A DNA stretch of 64,000 bases from positions 479 through 64,478 of the forward strand of contig JARLHF010000004.1 in NCBI GenBank assembly GCA_031292375.1. Reading direction: 5' to 3'. Below the pieces are notes generated by a model. It saw only the letters and a list, made by a program, of their open reading frames with translations, was not told where the DNA came from and searched no databases. Source of the DNA: Chlamydiales bacterium. Its GTDB lineage: Bacteria; Chlamydiota; Chlamydiia; Chlamydiales; VFKH01. Of the stretch, positions 18,542 through 27,552 are shown piece by piece (position 1 is the first letter of the stretch; the number at the start of each line of letters is the position of its first letter). The position numbers and the translations under genes were made by a program.

Positions 18542-19318
18542 TTGCCAGTTTTTATGAAATTAGTATTGTATATGGATATTCATCTACCTATAGCTGCACC
18601 TCCTTGGACTCATCTTGGCAAAAAACTGGAAAGCGCTTTTCGAAAAGCTATTTATGAATTTCAAATGCTTGAAAAAAATACTTCTATAGCTGTTGCCCTC
18701 AGTGGAGGTAAAGATAGCCTGACCCTTCTATTTCTATTAAAAGCTATATGTGGGCATGGATTTCCACCATTTGACATCCATGCCATACATGTGGGCGGTG
18801 AATTTTCTTGTGGAGCAGGTGTTCAAGAAAATTTTCTTCGAGCTATATGCAATAAACTTAACATACCCTTTCATGTGCGCATATCCACGCAAAAACAAGA
18901 AACATTAGAATGCTATAGCTGTTCTCGAGAACGAAGGCGTTTAATCTTTGATTGCGCAAAAAGTGTGGGCGCCCACACTATTGCATTTGGCCATCACAGG
19001 GATGATAGCGCTCAAACCCTTCTCATGAATCTACTTCACAAAGGCGAATTTGCTGCAAATCTTCCTAAAATTTACATGCATGACTATGACGTAACCATTA
19101 TCCGCCCATTAATCTATCTATCAGAAAATGAAATCAGAACTTTTGCCAAAATGTATGGTTTTGAAAGAATAACCTGTCAATGCCCTGTAGGACAAGATTC
19201 AATGCGAAAAAAGAGCGATAAGCTCTTGGATGAACTAGAAAATCTTTTTCCCAATGCAAGAGCCAATATAGCAAGAGCTGGGCTTCTCTATGGCTCTACA
19301 AAAGCAAGTAAACCTTAA
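18542..19318 (+). CDS. ttcA: tRNA 2-thiocytidine biosynthesis protein TtcA-like PP-loop ATPase
   Basis: PP-loop SGGKDS, Cys pairs ([13 protein letters not shown]), HHRDD motif. The start may be the Met at 18572. Confidence 0.8.
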   Translation: MPVFMKLVLYMDIHLPIAAPPWTHLGKKLESAFRKAIYEFQMLEKNTSIAVALSGGKDSLTLLFLLKAICGHGFPPFDIHAIHVGGEFSCGAGVQENFLRAICNKLNIPFHVRISTQKQETLECYSCSRERRRLIFDCAKSVGAHTIAFGHHRDDSAQTLLMNLLHKGEFAANLPKIYMHDYDVTIIRPLIYLSENEIRTFAKMYGFERITCQCPVGQDSMRKKSDKLLDELENLFPNARANIARAGLLYGSTKASKP

Positions 19319-20835
19319 AATTCCTTTTTATCCTCCCATTTTTGCCTTAAAATCCCTTTGGCATAACACCACTCCCGCTTCAAAGCTCCTCCAAAAAGAG
19401 ATGAATCAGAAGCTGCCTTTAGCAATTTAATGCGCTCTCTTATATTATTCCATTTAGCTTCTTGCATTGTTATTGGACCTTCTACTTTAACGCGTTTTTC
19501 ATCAAACTTATTCCATACCTTATATAATTCTTTAGCAGAAGATGCTCTAGATACTTGATCTGTCATCACATTTAACTCTTCACTCGACTTGTCACTAAAG
19601 ATAACTACTGCTCGGCTGATTAGCTTTGCCTTCAAATGCAAAAGCAGCTCCTCTTTCGCTTCTTTTACATATGCCTTCATGTTTTTCTCTGAAAGAAGCA
19701 TCCTTCCCACATCATTAGCTTTTTTTCCACCAAGTGTTTGAAGGTGTGGATGAATTCTCTTACAAAGTGTTTTGTAGGATTTTTCAATGATTTCTTCTGA
19801 TACTGCGGGCTTATAAAAAAAGGAATTTACATTATTAAAATGCTTTTCCTTAACATAAGTACCCACTTTTTCAGCTATAAACACGGCTGAAAATCCAGTC
19901 CAAAGAGAATAACCAACAATCATGCCTATACCAAATGCAGGAAAAATAACACCCAAAATAGTTGCAACAACTCCCAAGGTATAGGTTACAACTTTTAACA
20001 TCTCTGTCTTTATTTTTGAGCGCAGCATTTCTCTTGCATCCCTAATACAATCTACTGCATCAACAAATAGTTTTTCACTGCTCCCACCTTTTTCTAGCTT
20101 TTCTAACCCGCTTTTAATGCGTTCATAAGCATGAGCGCCAAGAACTCTTTCCAATTCTACTTTCATTTGGGCATCTAAAAATGTCCACATCTCATCTATG
20201 TTTTTTTGAGGAAACTTTTCCAGTCTACTTTCAAGCTTTTCAAGATTTGCTTTCATTCTCTCTTTAAAGTGTGTTTCTAAAAAATATTCCAAAACTTTTT
20301 TTACTTGCTGTTCAGGAGAGAGCTTTTCATCTGCTAAAATACGATCTATTTCCTGAGCTGCTTTATTACTTTTATAACAGCAAATTGCATGGTCAATTGC
20401 GTACCATACATAAATAACCGCATTTAATACCAAAGTAAGAGCACCTATTATACGCAAAGCTGCCGTTGCAACTACTTTAAGAGCAGAAAGCAATGTAGGC
20501 ATTCCCCATAATATGCAACTTACAAAATCGATTACATCTCTAACAAGATTTAATACATAACGAGAAATATCCCTCCCAAGCCCCATCATCGTAGCCTTAA
20601 TGAGGTTTTTTATCCCATTTGCTATACGATAAAGAGCAACTCCTGCTAATGCAATGGGGGCCACCTCTTTTGCAGCCACACCAAGAATACCTACAGTACC
20701 AAGTGGATGTATCGCATCTTGTGCTATACTATGAACCTGTATTGCGGTTGCAGCCACTGGATTGCTCAACCTAATAACATGCCCAAGTCTAGTTGTGGGC
20801 GCTATAAAGTCGGGATTTAGTCTAGTAGGGTCCAT
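19315..20835 (-). CDS. Inc-like membrane protein (two bilobed hydrophobic domains)
   Basis: 506 aa with long paired hydrophobic stretches at about aa 45-70/105-150 and 280-330. The rest is coiled-coil/charged. No signal peptide. Confidence 0.6.
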   Translation of the reverse strand: MDPTRLNPDFIAPTTRLGHVIRLSNPVAATAIQVHSIAQDAIHPLGTVGILGVAAKEVAPIALAGVALYRIANGIKNLIKATMMGLGRDISRYVLNLVRDVIDFVSCILWGMPTLLSALKVVATAALRIIGALTLVLNAVIYVWYAIDHAICCYKSNKAAQEIDRILADEKLSPEQQVKKVLEYFLETHFKERMKANLEKLESRLEKFPQKNIDEMWTFLDAQMKVELERVLGAHAYERIKSGLEKLEKGGSSEKLFVDAVDCIRDAREMLRSKIKTEMLKVVTYTLGVVATILGVIFPAFGIGMIVGYSLWTGFSAVFIAEKVGTYVKEKHFNNVNSFFYKPAVSEEIIEKSYKTLCKRIHPHLQTLGGKKANDVGRMLLSEKNMKAYVKEAKEELLLHLKAKLISRAVVIFSDKSSEELNVMTDQVSRASSAKELYKVWNKFDEKRVKVEGPITMQEAKWNNIRERIKLLKAASDSSLFGGALKREWCYAKGILRQKWEDKKEF

Positions 20836-20874
20836 AACCTCAAGTAAATTTAGCTAATTTTTTATGTCTATGTT

Positions 20875-21306
20875 ATGATCAAATACATGAACGGATTCTT
20901 TAGCAAAAATTTTAATTTGTCAATATTATTAGCAATACTAACGAGCTGCTCTCCATCTTCTCAAGAAGAATTTATAACAGAGGCAGAGAGCCATAGCCGT
21001 ATGCTTGTAAAGGAACTAGAAACAATACATACAAAAGAAGAGCTTCTAAAAAAGAAAGCTTCAATTAGAAAAGGTTTTACATCTCTTGTGCATACGGCCA
21101 TACAAGCAAGAAAATTTCAAGAAAACCATTTGTCAAACTCTAGTAACTTAGAACTTGATAACTTCGAGCCTTTTTGGGGGATTAGACTAAAAGAGGAGCT
21201 TAAACGAATCTACCTTCTAGATGGGGGAAGAGAGCTCATTGAATCTTATCAAAAAGATGCCCTTGAAACATTAGATCTCTTTGAAAAAACTAAAAAGGGT
21301 GATTAA
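20875..21306 (+). CDS. Hypothetical lipoprotein
   Basis: Signal peptide with lipobox LTSC. Confidence 0.6.
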   Translation: MIKYMNGFFSKNFNLSILLAILTSCSPSSQEEFITEAESHSRMLVKELETIHTKEELLKKKASIRKGFTSLVHTAIQARKFQENHLSNSSNLELDNFEPFWGIRLKEELKRIYLLDGGRELIESYQKDALETLDLFEKTKKGD

Positions 21307-22075
21307 ATAACGCGTTAAACATCTCTTTTCGAGCTTCATATTCACTATGATGTGTAAGTTCATTTACATAAACAGGCACGCAGGCAATATAACCCTTTTG
21401 AAGTAACGAGATATCACTCTCCTCATCCTCTTCAAATAAGGACAATCCACCACCTAGCCAGTAATAAGAAAACCCTTCAGGATGAGATCTTTCTATTGGA
21501 TCACCTCGCCAATAACTTTTGCCCTGACGAGCTAAACGAATACCCACAATATCTTCTACCGCAGATGGCACATTAACATTTAAAAGAGTTCCACTTGGAA
21601 GCGGATGAGCAAGTAGGTGCTTTGCGATTCTGGCAACATACTTTTCAGCAATAGAAAAATTAGGGATCGAGTAGTCTATAGAAGAAATTGCAATACTTGG
21701 AATATCTCTCATCACAGCCTCAATGGCTCCACCAACAGTTCCGCTATGGAAAATGCTGCGTCCTGCATTTGAGCCTTTATTGATTCCTGAGATAACTAAA
21801 TCAGGAGCCTTTTCTAAAAAAACGCTCAAAGCCATTTTGACGCAATCTGCAGGTGTTCCTTGAACTGCCCAAGAATCACACTCTCCTTGCCACTTCATTT
21901 TATGAACTAATAATGGACTATTGAGAGAAATACCAGCGCCTACCCCTGATTTCTCGGTTAACGGTGCAACTACGCTAATATCTGCATATTCTTGCAATCC
22001 CTTCCAAAGATGGAAAAGTCCATCTGAATGAATTCCATCATCATTAGTAAGAAGAATATGAGGTCGCTTATCCAT
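21290..22075 (-). CDS. surE: 5'/3'-nucleotidase SurE
   Basis: ILLTNDDGIHSDGL N-terminal motif and GINKGSNAG, SGTVGGAIEA. Confidence 0.93.
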   Translation of the reverse strand: MDKRPHILLTNDDGIHSDGLFHLWKGLQEYADISVVAPLTEKSGVGAGISLNSPLLVHKMKWQGECDSWAVQGTPADCVKMALSVFLEKAPDLVISGINKGSNAGRSIFHSGTVGGAIEAVMRDIPSIAISSIDYSIPNFSIAEKYVARIAKHLLAHPLPSGTLLNVNVPSAVEDIVGIRLARQGKSYWRGDPIERSHPEGFSYYWLGGGLSLFEEDEESDISLLQKGYIACVPVYVNELTHHSEYEARKEMFNALFNHPF

Positions 22076-22202
22076 ACTATTTTACAATCCTTATCTATCA
22101 AACGACCATGGATTTTATCCTATATGGCACATTTTATGATATATACAAAAAATGCTTGTGAAAAATTCATGGAATGCATATCTTTGTCGCTTGAATTTGT
22201 AC

Positions 22203-22275
22203 GGGCGTATAGCTCAGTTGGTAGAGCGCCTGTCTTACACACAGGTGGTCATAGGTTCGAGTCCTTTTGCGCCCA
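22203..22275 (+). tRNA. tRNA-Val (TAC)
   Basis: GGGCGTATAGCTCAGTTGGTAGAGCGCCTGTCTTACACACAGG...GGTTCGAGTCC...GCCCA. Anticodon loop CTTACAC. Confidence 0.9.
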
Positions 22276-22333
22276 TTGCTGTACAATTAAGTAATATGCA
22301 AATTTTTAGTTCGCTTATTTGTGTATATGTTTT

Positions 22334-22407
22334 GCGGGAGTAGTTCAATTGGTTAGAGCACCGGCCTGTCACGCCGGAAGTTGCGGGTTCAAATCCCGTC
22401 TCTCGCG
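22334..22407 (+). tRNA. tRNA-Asp (GTC)
   Basis: GCGGGAGTAGTTCAATTGGTTAGAGCACCGGCCTGTCACGCCGG...GGTTCAAATCC...CTCTCGCG. Anticodon loop CTGTCAC. Confidence 0.9.
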
Positions 22408-22442
22408 TTCTTTTGTAAAGACTAATTTAATCTGGGAGCAGT

Positions 22443-23360
22443 ATGAAATCACATCAGTCATTGCCTCGTTCTTGGATTTTTTATGTTTTTAATTTCTTTT
22501 GGCTAGCGCTAGGGGCCTTCCTTGCGGCTGTCGCTGTTAAAGTCTTTTTAGCTCCCAACAACTTAATTGACGGCGGCATAGTAGGTGCCTCTATGATTGG
22601 AGCCTATCTATTTGGACCAAAATACCTTTCTTTTTTATATATTGCGCTCAATCTACCTTTCCTTTATCTGGCCTACAAGTTAATTGGAAAGACCTTTGTG
22701 ATTCAGATGTGCCTTGCAGTTCTTATGTTTGCAGGATTTGCTTTCCTTCTAGAAGATGTCACTCCCTTTCATGGCGAAAGCTTAGAAATCATCTTCCTTG
22801 CAGGTGTTGCCCTAGGGGCAGGTAGCGGCCTTGTCATACGCAAGGGAGCCTCATTAGATGGCACAGAAATTCTTGCTATCATCATAAACAGGAAAAGAGG
22901 CTTTACTGTCGGTCAAGTCATCTTGTTTATCAACATATTCATATTTGCAGCAGCCGGAATTATCTATCAAGATTGGCATACCGCATTACAGTCCTTAATG
23001 ATTTATATTGTAGCAAGCAAGGTCATGGATACCGTCATAGTTGGTTTTGAAGAAACAAAATCTGTAATCGTTGTTTCTGCTGAATCAAAGAAAATTGCAG
23101 ATGCTGTGATGAGCGAACTTGGGATTGGTCTTACAATACTTTATGGGAAGCGTGGTTATTCTCAAAGCGAACAAGAGATTCTCTACATCATTGTAGAGCG
23201 CTTGCAACTTGCAGAATTAAAAGAAATTGTCCATAGAGAAGATCTCTCAGCATTTATCGCCGTTGAGAACTTGCACGAGGTAATCAATGGAAGGATCAAT
23301 GTTTCTCACAAAACTAAGCTCCTAAGAAAACGCCTAAAGCATGAAGCGCTAAAAAGTTAA
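22443..23360 (+). CDS. YitT family membrane protein (DUF2179 C-terminal domain)
   Basis: Motif APNNLIDGGIVGASMI, polytopic N-terminal part, soluble C-terminal domain. Confidence 0.8.
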   Translation: MKSHQSLPRSWIFYVFNFFWLALGAFLAAVAVKVFLAPNNLIDGGIVGASMIGAYLFGPKYLSFLYIALNLPFLYLAYKLIGKTFVIQMCLAVLMFAGFAFLLEDVTPFHGESLEIIFLAGVALGAGSGLVIRKGASLDGTEILAIIINRKRGFTVGQVILFINIFIFAAAGIIYQDWHTALQSLMIYIVASKVMDTVIVGFEETKSVIVVSAESKKIADAVMSELGIGLTILYGKRGYSQSEQEILYIIVERLQLAELKEIVHREDLSAFIAVENLHEVINGRINVSHKTKLLRKRLKHEALKS

Positions 23361-23947
23361 TAACCAGTCCAAACTGGATATAAATCGTGCTTTATACCCA
23401 ACCCATCAAGAGTTTTTCCTACAACAAAATTTTCTACATCATCTAACGTCTTAGGAAGATTATACCAAGCAGGAACAGGCGGAATAATTACTGCCCCCAT
23501 ACGAGAAAGTGTAAGCATATGCTCTAAATGAATAGAAGATAAGGGTGCCTCTCTTGGAACAATTACAAGAGGCCTTCTTTCTTTTAGAGAAACATCGGCA
23601 GCCCTTCTTAAAAGATTATCCGAAAGTCCAATAGCAATGGCTGCAAGAGTTGCCATACTACAAGGAATTACAAGCATACCTCTTACTTTATAAGAACCAC
23701 TTGCAATGGACGCTCCAAAATTATTAATAGAATGCACAGTAAGGTTTTTTTGTATATCATCATCAAAGCTTTCAATAAACCCAGCACTCGAACCAAACCC
23801 TTGACCCATCTCTTGCCTTGCCGTCATAAAAGCTGCTTTTGAAATGACAAGATCTACAAAATAACCAGCTCTTACAACCGCTTGAACTGCTTTATATGCT
23901 AATATAATACCAGATGCACCACTTACTCCAATCACTATTCGATCCAC
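23357..23947 (-). CDS. ubiX: Flavin prenyltransferase UbiX
   Basis: RIVIGVSGASGIILAYK flavoprotein N-terminus and the PCSMATLAAIAIG motif. Confidence 0.9.
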   Translation of the reverse strand: MDRIVIGVSGASGIILAYKAVQAVVRAGYFVDLVISKAAFMTARQEMGQGFGSSAGFIESFDDDIQKNLTVHSINNFGASIASGSYKVRGMLVIPCSMATLAAIAIGLSDNLLRRAADVSLKERRPLVIVPREAPLSSIHLEHMLTLSRMGAVIIPPVPAWYNLPKTLDDVENFVVGKTLDGLGIKHDLYPVWTGY

Positions 23948-24840
23948 AAAATAGCTCCCAATGTAAATACAAACTGGGTAACTGCAATTAAACTGTTACA
24001 TGTAAAAAAAGCTCTATGCAATCGTTTTAGATTATTTGGTTGTACAATTACATGCTGATAAATAAACAGACAAACCACAATCATAAGGCCTATATAATAT
24101 AGAAATGTAACCGATGCAGCTATACCTGCTAAAACAAAAAACACAACAGATGCACAATGTAACATACGAGCTATTCGAAGTGAATTAAGTATTCCAAAGC
24201 GCGCAGGGATACTGTTTACAGAATGCTCTCTATCAAAATCTATGTCCTGAGTAGCATAAACAATATCCATACCACTTATCCAAAACAATATAGAACTTCC
24301 AAGAAAAAGAGGCGTCCACCCAAAAAAGGCATTTTCATGGGTACTAAAACCATAAGAGCCTGTAACTGCCACCCAACCAAGAAAAGGTGCAAAAAACTCG
24401 ATTAAACCAAGCACAAAATGGCAAAAAAAGGTATAGCGCTTAGTATAAGAATAAAGCCAAAGTAACATGGAAATAATTAATGAAAAAAGTAAACACCATG
24501 TATTTAACATAGCGCAAGAAAAGATAAATAATACCAAGCTTATCCAGGCAACACAACCAACTTGCAGCTTTGTAACCTCTCCGGATGGCAAAGAGCGCCC
24601 TTTTGTACGAGGATTGAGCGCGTCCATTTCAGAATCAATTAAACGATTAAACGACATACCAGAAGTTCTTGCAGCACTAAATGCTACAAAAATCCAAAAC
24701 CAAATGCTCCAATTTCCAAAATCAAAATGATTTCTAAAAGAGGCATTTGCAAAGGGCAACAAAGCGCCAATTAATGCCCAAGGAAGCCCAAACAGAGTTT
24801 GCTCTATCATAACGAGCTTTTTAAAAGCTTTCCAACTCAT
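23935..24840 (-). CDS. ubiA: UbiA-family aromatic prenyltransferase (4-hydroxybenzoate polyprenyltransferase-like; possibly a menaquinone/futalosine-route enzyme)
   Basis: NRLIDSEMDALNPRT Asp-rich motif, second motif YATQDIDFD, ~9 TM segments. Confidence 0.85.
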   Translation of the reverse strand: MSWKAFKKLVMIEQTLFGLPWALIGALLPFANASFRNHFDFGNWSIWFWIFVAFSAARTSGMSFNRLIDSEMDALNPRTKGRSLPSGEVTKLQVGCVAWISLVLFIFSCAMLNTWCLLFSLIISMLLWLYSYTKRYTFFCHFVLGLIEFFAPFLGWVAVTGSYGFSTHENAFFGWTPLFLGSSILFWISGMDIVYATQDIDFDREHSVNSIPARFGILNSLRIARMLHCASVVFFVLAGIAASVTFLYYIGLMIVVCLFIYQHVIVQPNNLKRLHRAFFTCNSLIAVTQFVFTLGAILWIE

Positions 24841-25085
24841 TTTTGCCCCAATAAATTTTTAACAAGCTCCTCACCCCTCGACGTAAGTGCAATACTTTTT
24901 TCTCCTGTCTTTTTTATGAAGTTTGCCTGCGTTAAAATGTTAACGATAGGCTTTACAACCTTCTCAGAAAGCCCTAATTCAGAGCCTACAGCAAAGCAAT
25001 CCTTACTATTCAACTGACTACCACTTTTCTTTGCAAGCTCATACAGCTTTAAAATATAATGCTCTTCTTTTGTACGACCATTCAT
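24837..25085 (-). CDS. Small winged-helix-like protein
   Basis: 82 aa with 4-nt overlaps with both cysS (upstream) and ubiA (downstream). wHTH-like LSEKVVKPIVNILTQANFIKKTGEKSIALTSRG. Confidence 0.6.
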   Translation of the reverse strand: MNGRTKEEHYILKLYELAKKSGSQLNSKDCFAVGSELGLSEKVVKPIVNILTQANFIKKTGEKSIALTSRGEELVKNLLGQK

Positions 25086-26527
25086 CTAGTCACCCTCTTC
25101 AACCTTGCTGTACCTTGCGTATCTTCAATTATGTAACCTCTATCATGGATTTCCTTTCTTAAAGTATCTGATAGAGACCACTCTTTTGCTTTCCTTGCAT
25201 TTTCTCTTTTAAATAAAAGTTCTTTGATATCTTCTGGGATTTCCTCTTGAGCATCTTGCACAAAAATAACTCCTAAAACCGTATCGCATTGCTTTAACAT
25301 TTCAAGAATCAATAAGGCCTCTTTTTTTGAAACTTGGTTGCGATCACAAAATACATTTACATCTCTTACAAAATCAAAGAGAGCAGCAAGAGCTTGCGCC
25401 ATATTTAAGTCATCAGCCAATGCCTTTGCAAAGGCATTTAATGTTTTATTGATCAATACCTGAATATCTACATCTACGTGCTTTTCTTGAGATTCAAGTT
25501 CTTTCAGTCTGCCTATAAAGTCATGTAAACGTTGCAGTGAGCCTTTTGCTGCATCAAGACCTGCAAAAGTAAAGTTAAGCTGTATGCGATAATGAGTCTG
25601 AAGCAATAAATAACGTATCTGAGTGCTACTATAACCCTTTTTTAAAAGGTCTCTTAAAGTATAAAAATTTCCAAGACTCTTAGACATCTTTTTATGATCG
25701 ACTAGAAGATGCTCTGAATGCATCCATAGCTTCACAAAAGCATGTCCTGTACATGCCTCAGACTGTGCTATCTCATTTTCATGATGAGGGAAGATATTGT
25801 CTACGGCTCCCACATGGATATCAATTGTTTCATCAAGAAGAGAAATTGCCATGGCAGAGCACTCTAAATGCCACCCAGGCCTTCCAGGGCCAAAAGGACT
25901 TTGCCAAAACACTTCTCCATCACGTGTTGGGTCATATTTTTTCCAAAGAACAAAGTCTGCAACAGTTTCTTTTTCATACTCATCTGTCGCAATTCGATTG
26001 GATGCACCCACTTGCAATTCATCTAAACATAAGTGTGAAAGCTTTCCATATCCTGAAAATTCTTTAATAGCATAATAAACACTTCCATCCAAGCCAATGT
26101 AGGCCACTTTTTTTTCTAAAAGCTTTTCAATCATTCGAATCATTTCATTGATATAATCTGTAGCTGCCGGATAAGCCTCTGCAGGAGTAATGCCAAGTGT
26201 CTTAATATCTTCAAAAAAAGCTTCTTTAAAAGGCTTTGTATATTCATCTAGTGTAATATTTTTTGCGATAGCCCCTCTTATGGTTTTGTCGTCAACATCT
26301 GTAAGATTCATAATTTGGCGCACTTCTAAACCAAAAAACCTCAACGTACGAACCAGAACATCTTCAAAAACATAAGTCCTAAAATTTCCAATATGAGCAA
26401 AATCGTACACAGTAGGCCCACATGTATACATCGAAACTTTTCCTGGAATAATGGGAGAAAATTCTTCTTTTTTTCTTGTTTCTGTGTTGTAAAACTTCAA
26501 TGGAATTTCATAAAAACTACTTTGCAT
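25082..26527 (-). CDS. cysS: Cysteine--tRNA ligase
   Basis: HIGN (AHIGNFRTY) and KMSKS motifs; zinc-site WHLEC. Confidence 0.96.
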   Translation of the reverse strand: MQSSFYEIPLKFYNTETRKKEEFSPIIPGKVSMYTCGPTVYDFAHIGNFRTYVFEDVLVRTLRFFGLEVRQIMNLTDVDDKTIRGAIAKNITLDEYTKPFKEAFFEDIKTLGITPAEAYPAATDYINEMIRMIEKLLEKKVAYIGLDGSVYYAIKEFSGYGKLSHLCLDELQVGASNRIATDEYEKETVADFVLWKKYDPTRDGEVFWQSPFGPGRPGWHLECSAMAISLLDETIDIHVGAVDNIFPHHENEIAQSEACTGHAFVKLWMHSEHLLVDHKKMSKSLGNFYTLRDLLKKGYSSTQIRYLLLQTHYRIQLNFTFAGLDAAKGSLQRLHDFIGRLKELESQEKHVDVDIQVLINKTLNAFAKALADDLNMAQALAALFDFVRDVNVFCDRNQVSKKEALLILEMLKQCDTVLGVIFVQDAQEEIPEDIKELLFKRENARKAKEWSLSDTLRKEIHDRGYIIEDTQGTARLKRVTR

Positions 26528-26554
26528 AAAAATGACTACAACCTCTTGTATACA

Positions 26555-26722
26555 TTAGACTTCTTGCGTAATTACATTTGCTTGTTAAAATTGTCTTTTT
26601 TGACATCTTTATCGTTAAATTTTTCAACCATATGTTCACATATGGTTGAAAAATTTATCAATAAATCTACTCAAAAAATTTCAATTTTTCTAAGCAAAGC
26701 TAATTATGCAAGAAGTCTATTA
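26555..26722. mobile_element. 168-bp palindromic MITE-like element, copy C (best-preserved central hairpin)
   Basis: TA-flanked inverted termini. Central perfect hairpin TCAACCATAT-GTTCAC-ATATGGTTGA. Confidence 0.8.
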
Positions 26723-26769
26723 TCACCTAGAGATTCTCATAACTCCAAAATTATGTCTAAAAGAATATT

Positions 26770-27552
26770 CTACGCTTCTAACTTTTCAATATGTTTATGT
26801 ATGTACTCACGAAGAGCATAACCTTCTAGGCGCTGCTGAAGCACTTTAAAATTTTCTATAACACTTCTAATATCCAATATCCCAATATCAATATCCATAC
26901 GAGGACATTGTGCCATATCTTCAGAAGGACTTTTCCAAGAACTCATTTTTTCTTTAAGTAACCCACCTACCTCTAGAGAAATTTTCTTTACTAAAAGATC
27001 TATATCCATCTGCTTATTTTCAAAAATAACATTATCTATTAAATCTTCAGCCTCTTTTGTAAGATCCCTTATTCTTACATAAAGTTTTCCCATGTTAGGT
27101 TTTGCACTTTTTAAGTTGGACATTACGCCGTAGTAACTTTCTATATCCAAACTTCCCTGCATTTCCCTTTGTAAACGATATATTTCCAGGATTCGTCCAA
27201 TACAAAGATTACCCTTTTTTATAGCGGCATCATCCAAAACCCATTTTTTTGCAACTGTCATTTTAAAGTACTGCTCAATAAAACAAGAAGTGCTTAAATC
27301 CTTTACTCGATCCCATTCATCTGGGGCAAGAAACTTATTTATAACCTCTTTTAAAGCACTAAAACAATCAGAAATTTCTTCTTCCAAAATCTCTTGATTA
27401 AGTTTAGTTTGAAGCTTTTCACATTTTGTTTTTTCTTTTTTCAAAAGATAAAAAAAACCTACCTTATCTTTTTCATCGATGGTAATTTTTTTCTTTTTTT
27501 TAAAAAAAAGAAATTTATTAAAAGCTTTTTTGAGTAGCTTCATACGATTCAT
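26770..27552 (-). CDS. Hypothetical protein, third gene of the paralogue operon
   Basis: 260 aa, Lys-rich N-terminus, helical/charged. ATGA overlap with the upstream gene. Confidence 0.6.
   Translation of the reverse strand: MNRMKLLKKAFNKFLFFKKKKKITIDEKDKVGFFYLLKKEKTKCEKLQTKLNQEILEEEISDCFSALKEVINKFLAPDEWDRVKDLSTSCFIEQYFKMTVAKKWVLDDAAIKKGNLCIGRILEIYRLQREMQGSLDIESYYGVMSNLKSAKPNMGKLYVRIRDLTKEAEDLIDNVIFENKQMDIDLLVKKISLEVGGLLKEKMSSWKSPSEDMAQCPRMDIDIGILDIRSVIENFKVLQQRLEGYALREYIHKHIEKLEA

Noticed and set aside
22028-22343. Two ORFs (88 and 63 aa) downstream of surE
   Set aside because: They overlap tRNA-Val on the same strand. Their translation contains the tRNA sequence, so they are spurious.
26393-26821. 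142-aa ORF
   Set aside because: It runs antisense over the cysS 5' end, through MITE-like copy C, and antisense into the 3' end of the 260-aa gene. It has no independent coding support.
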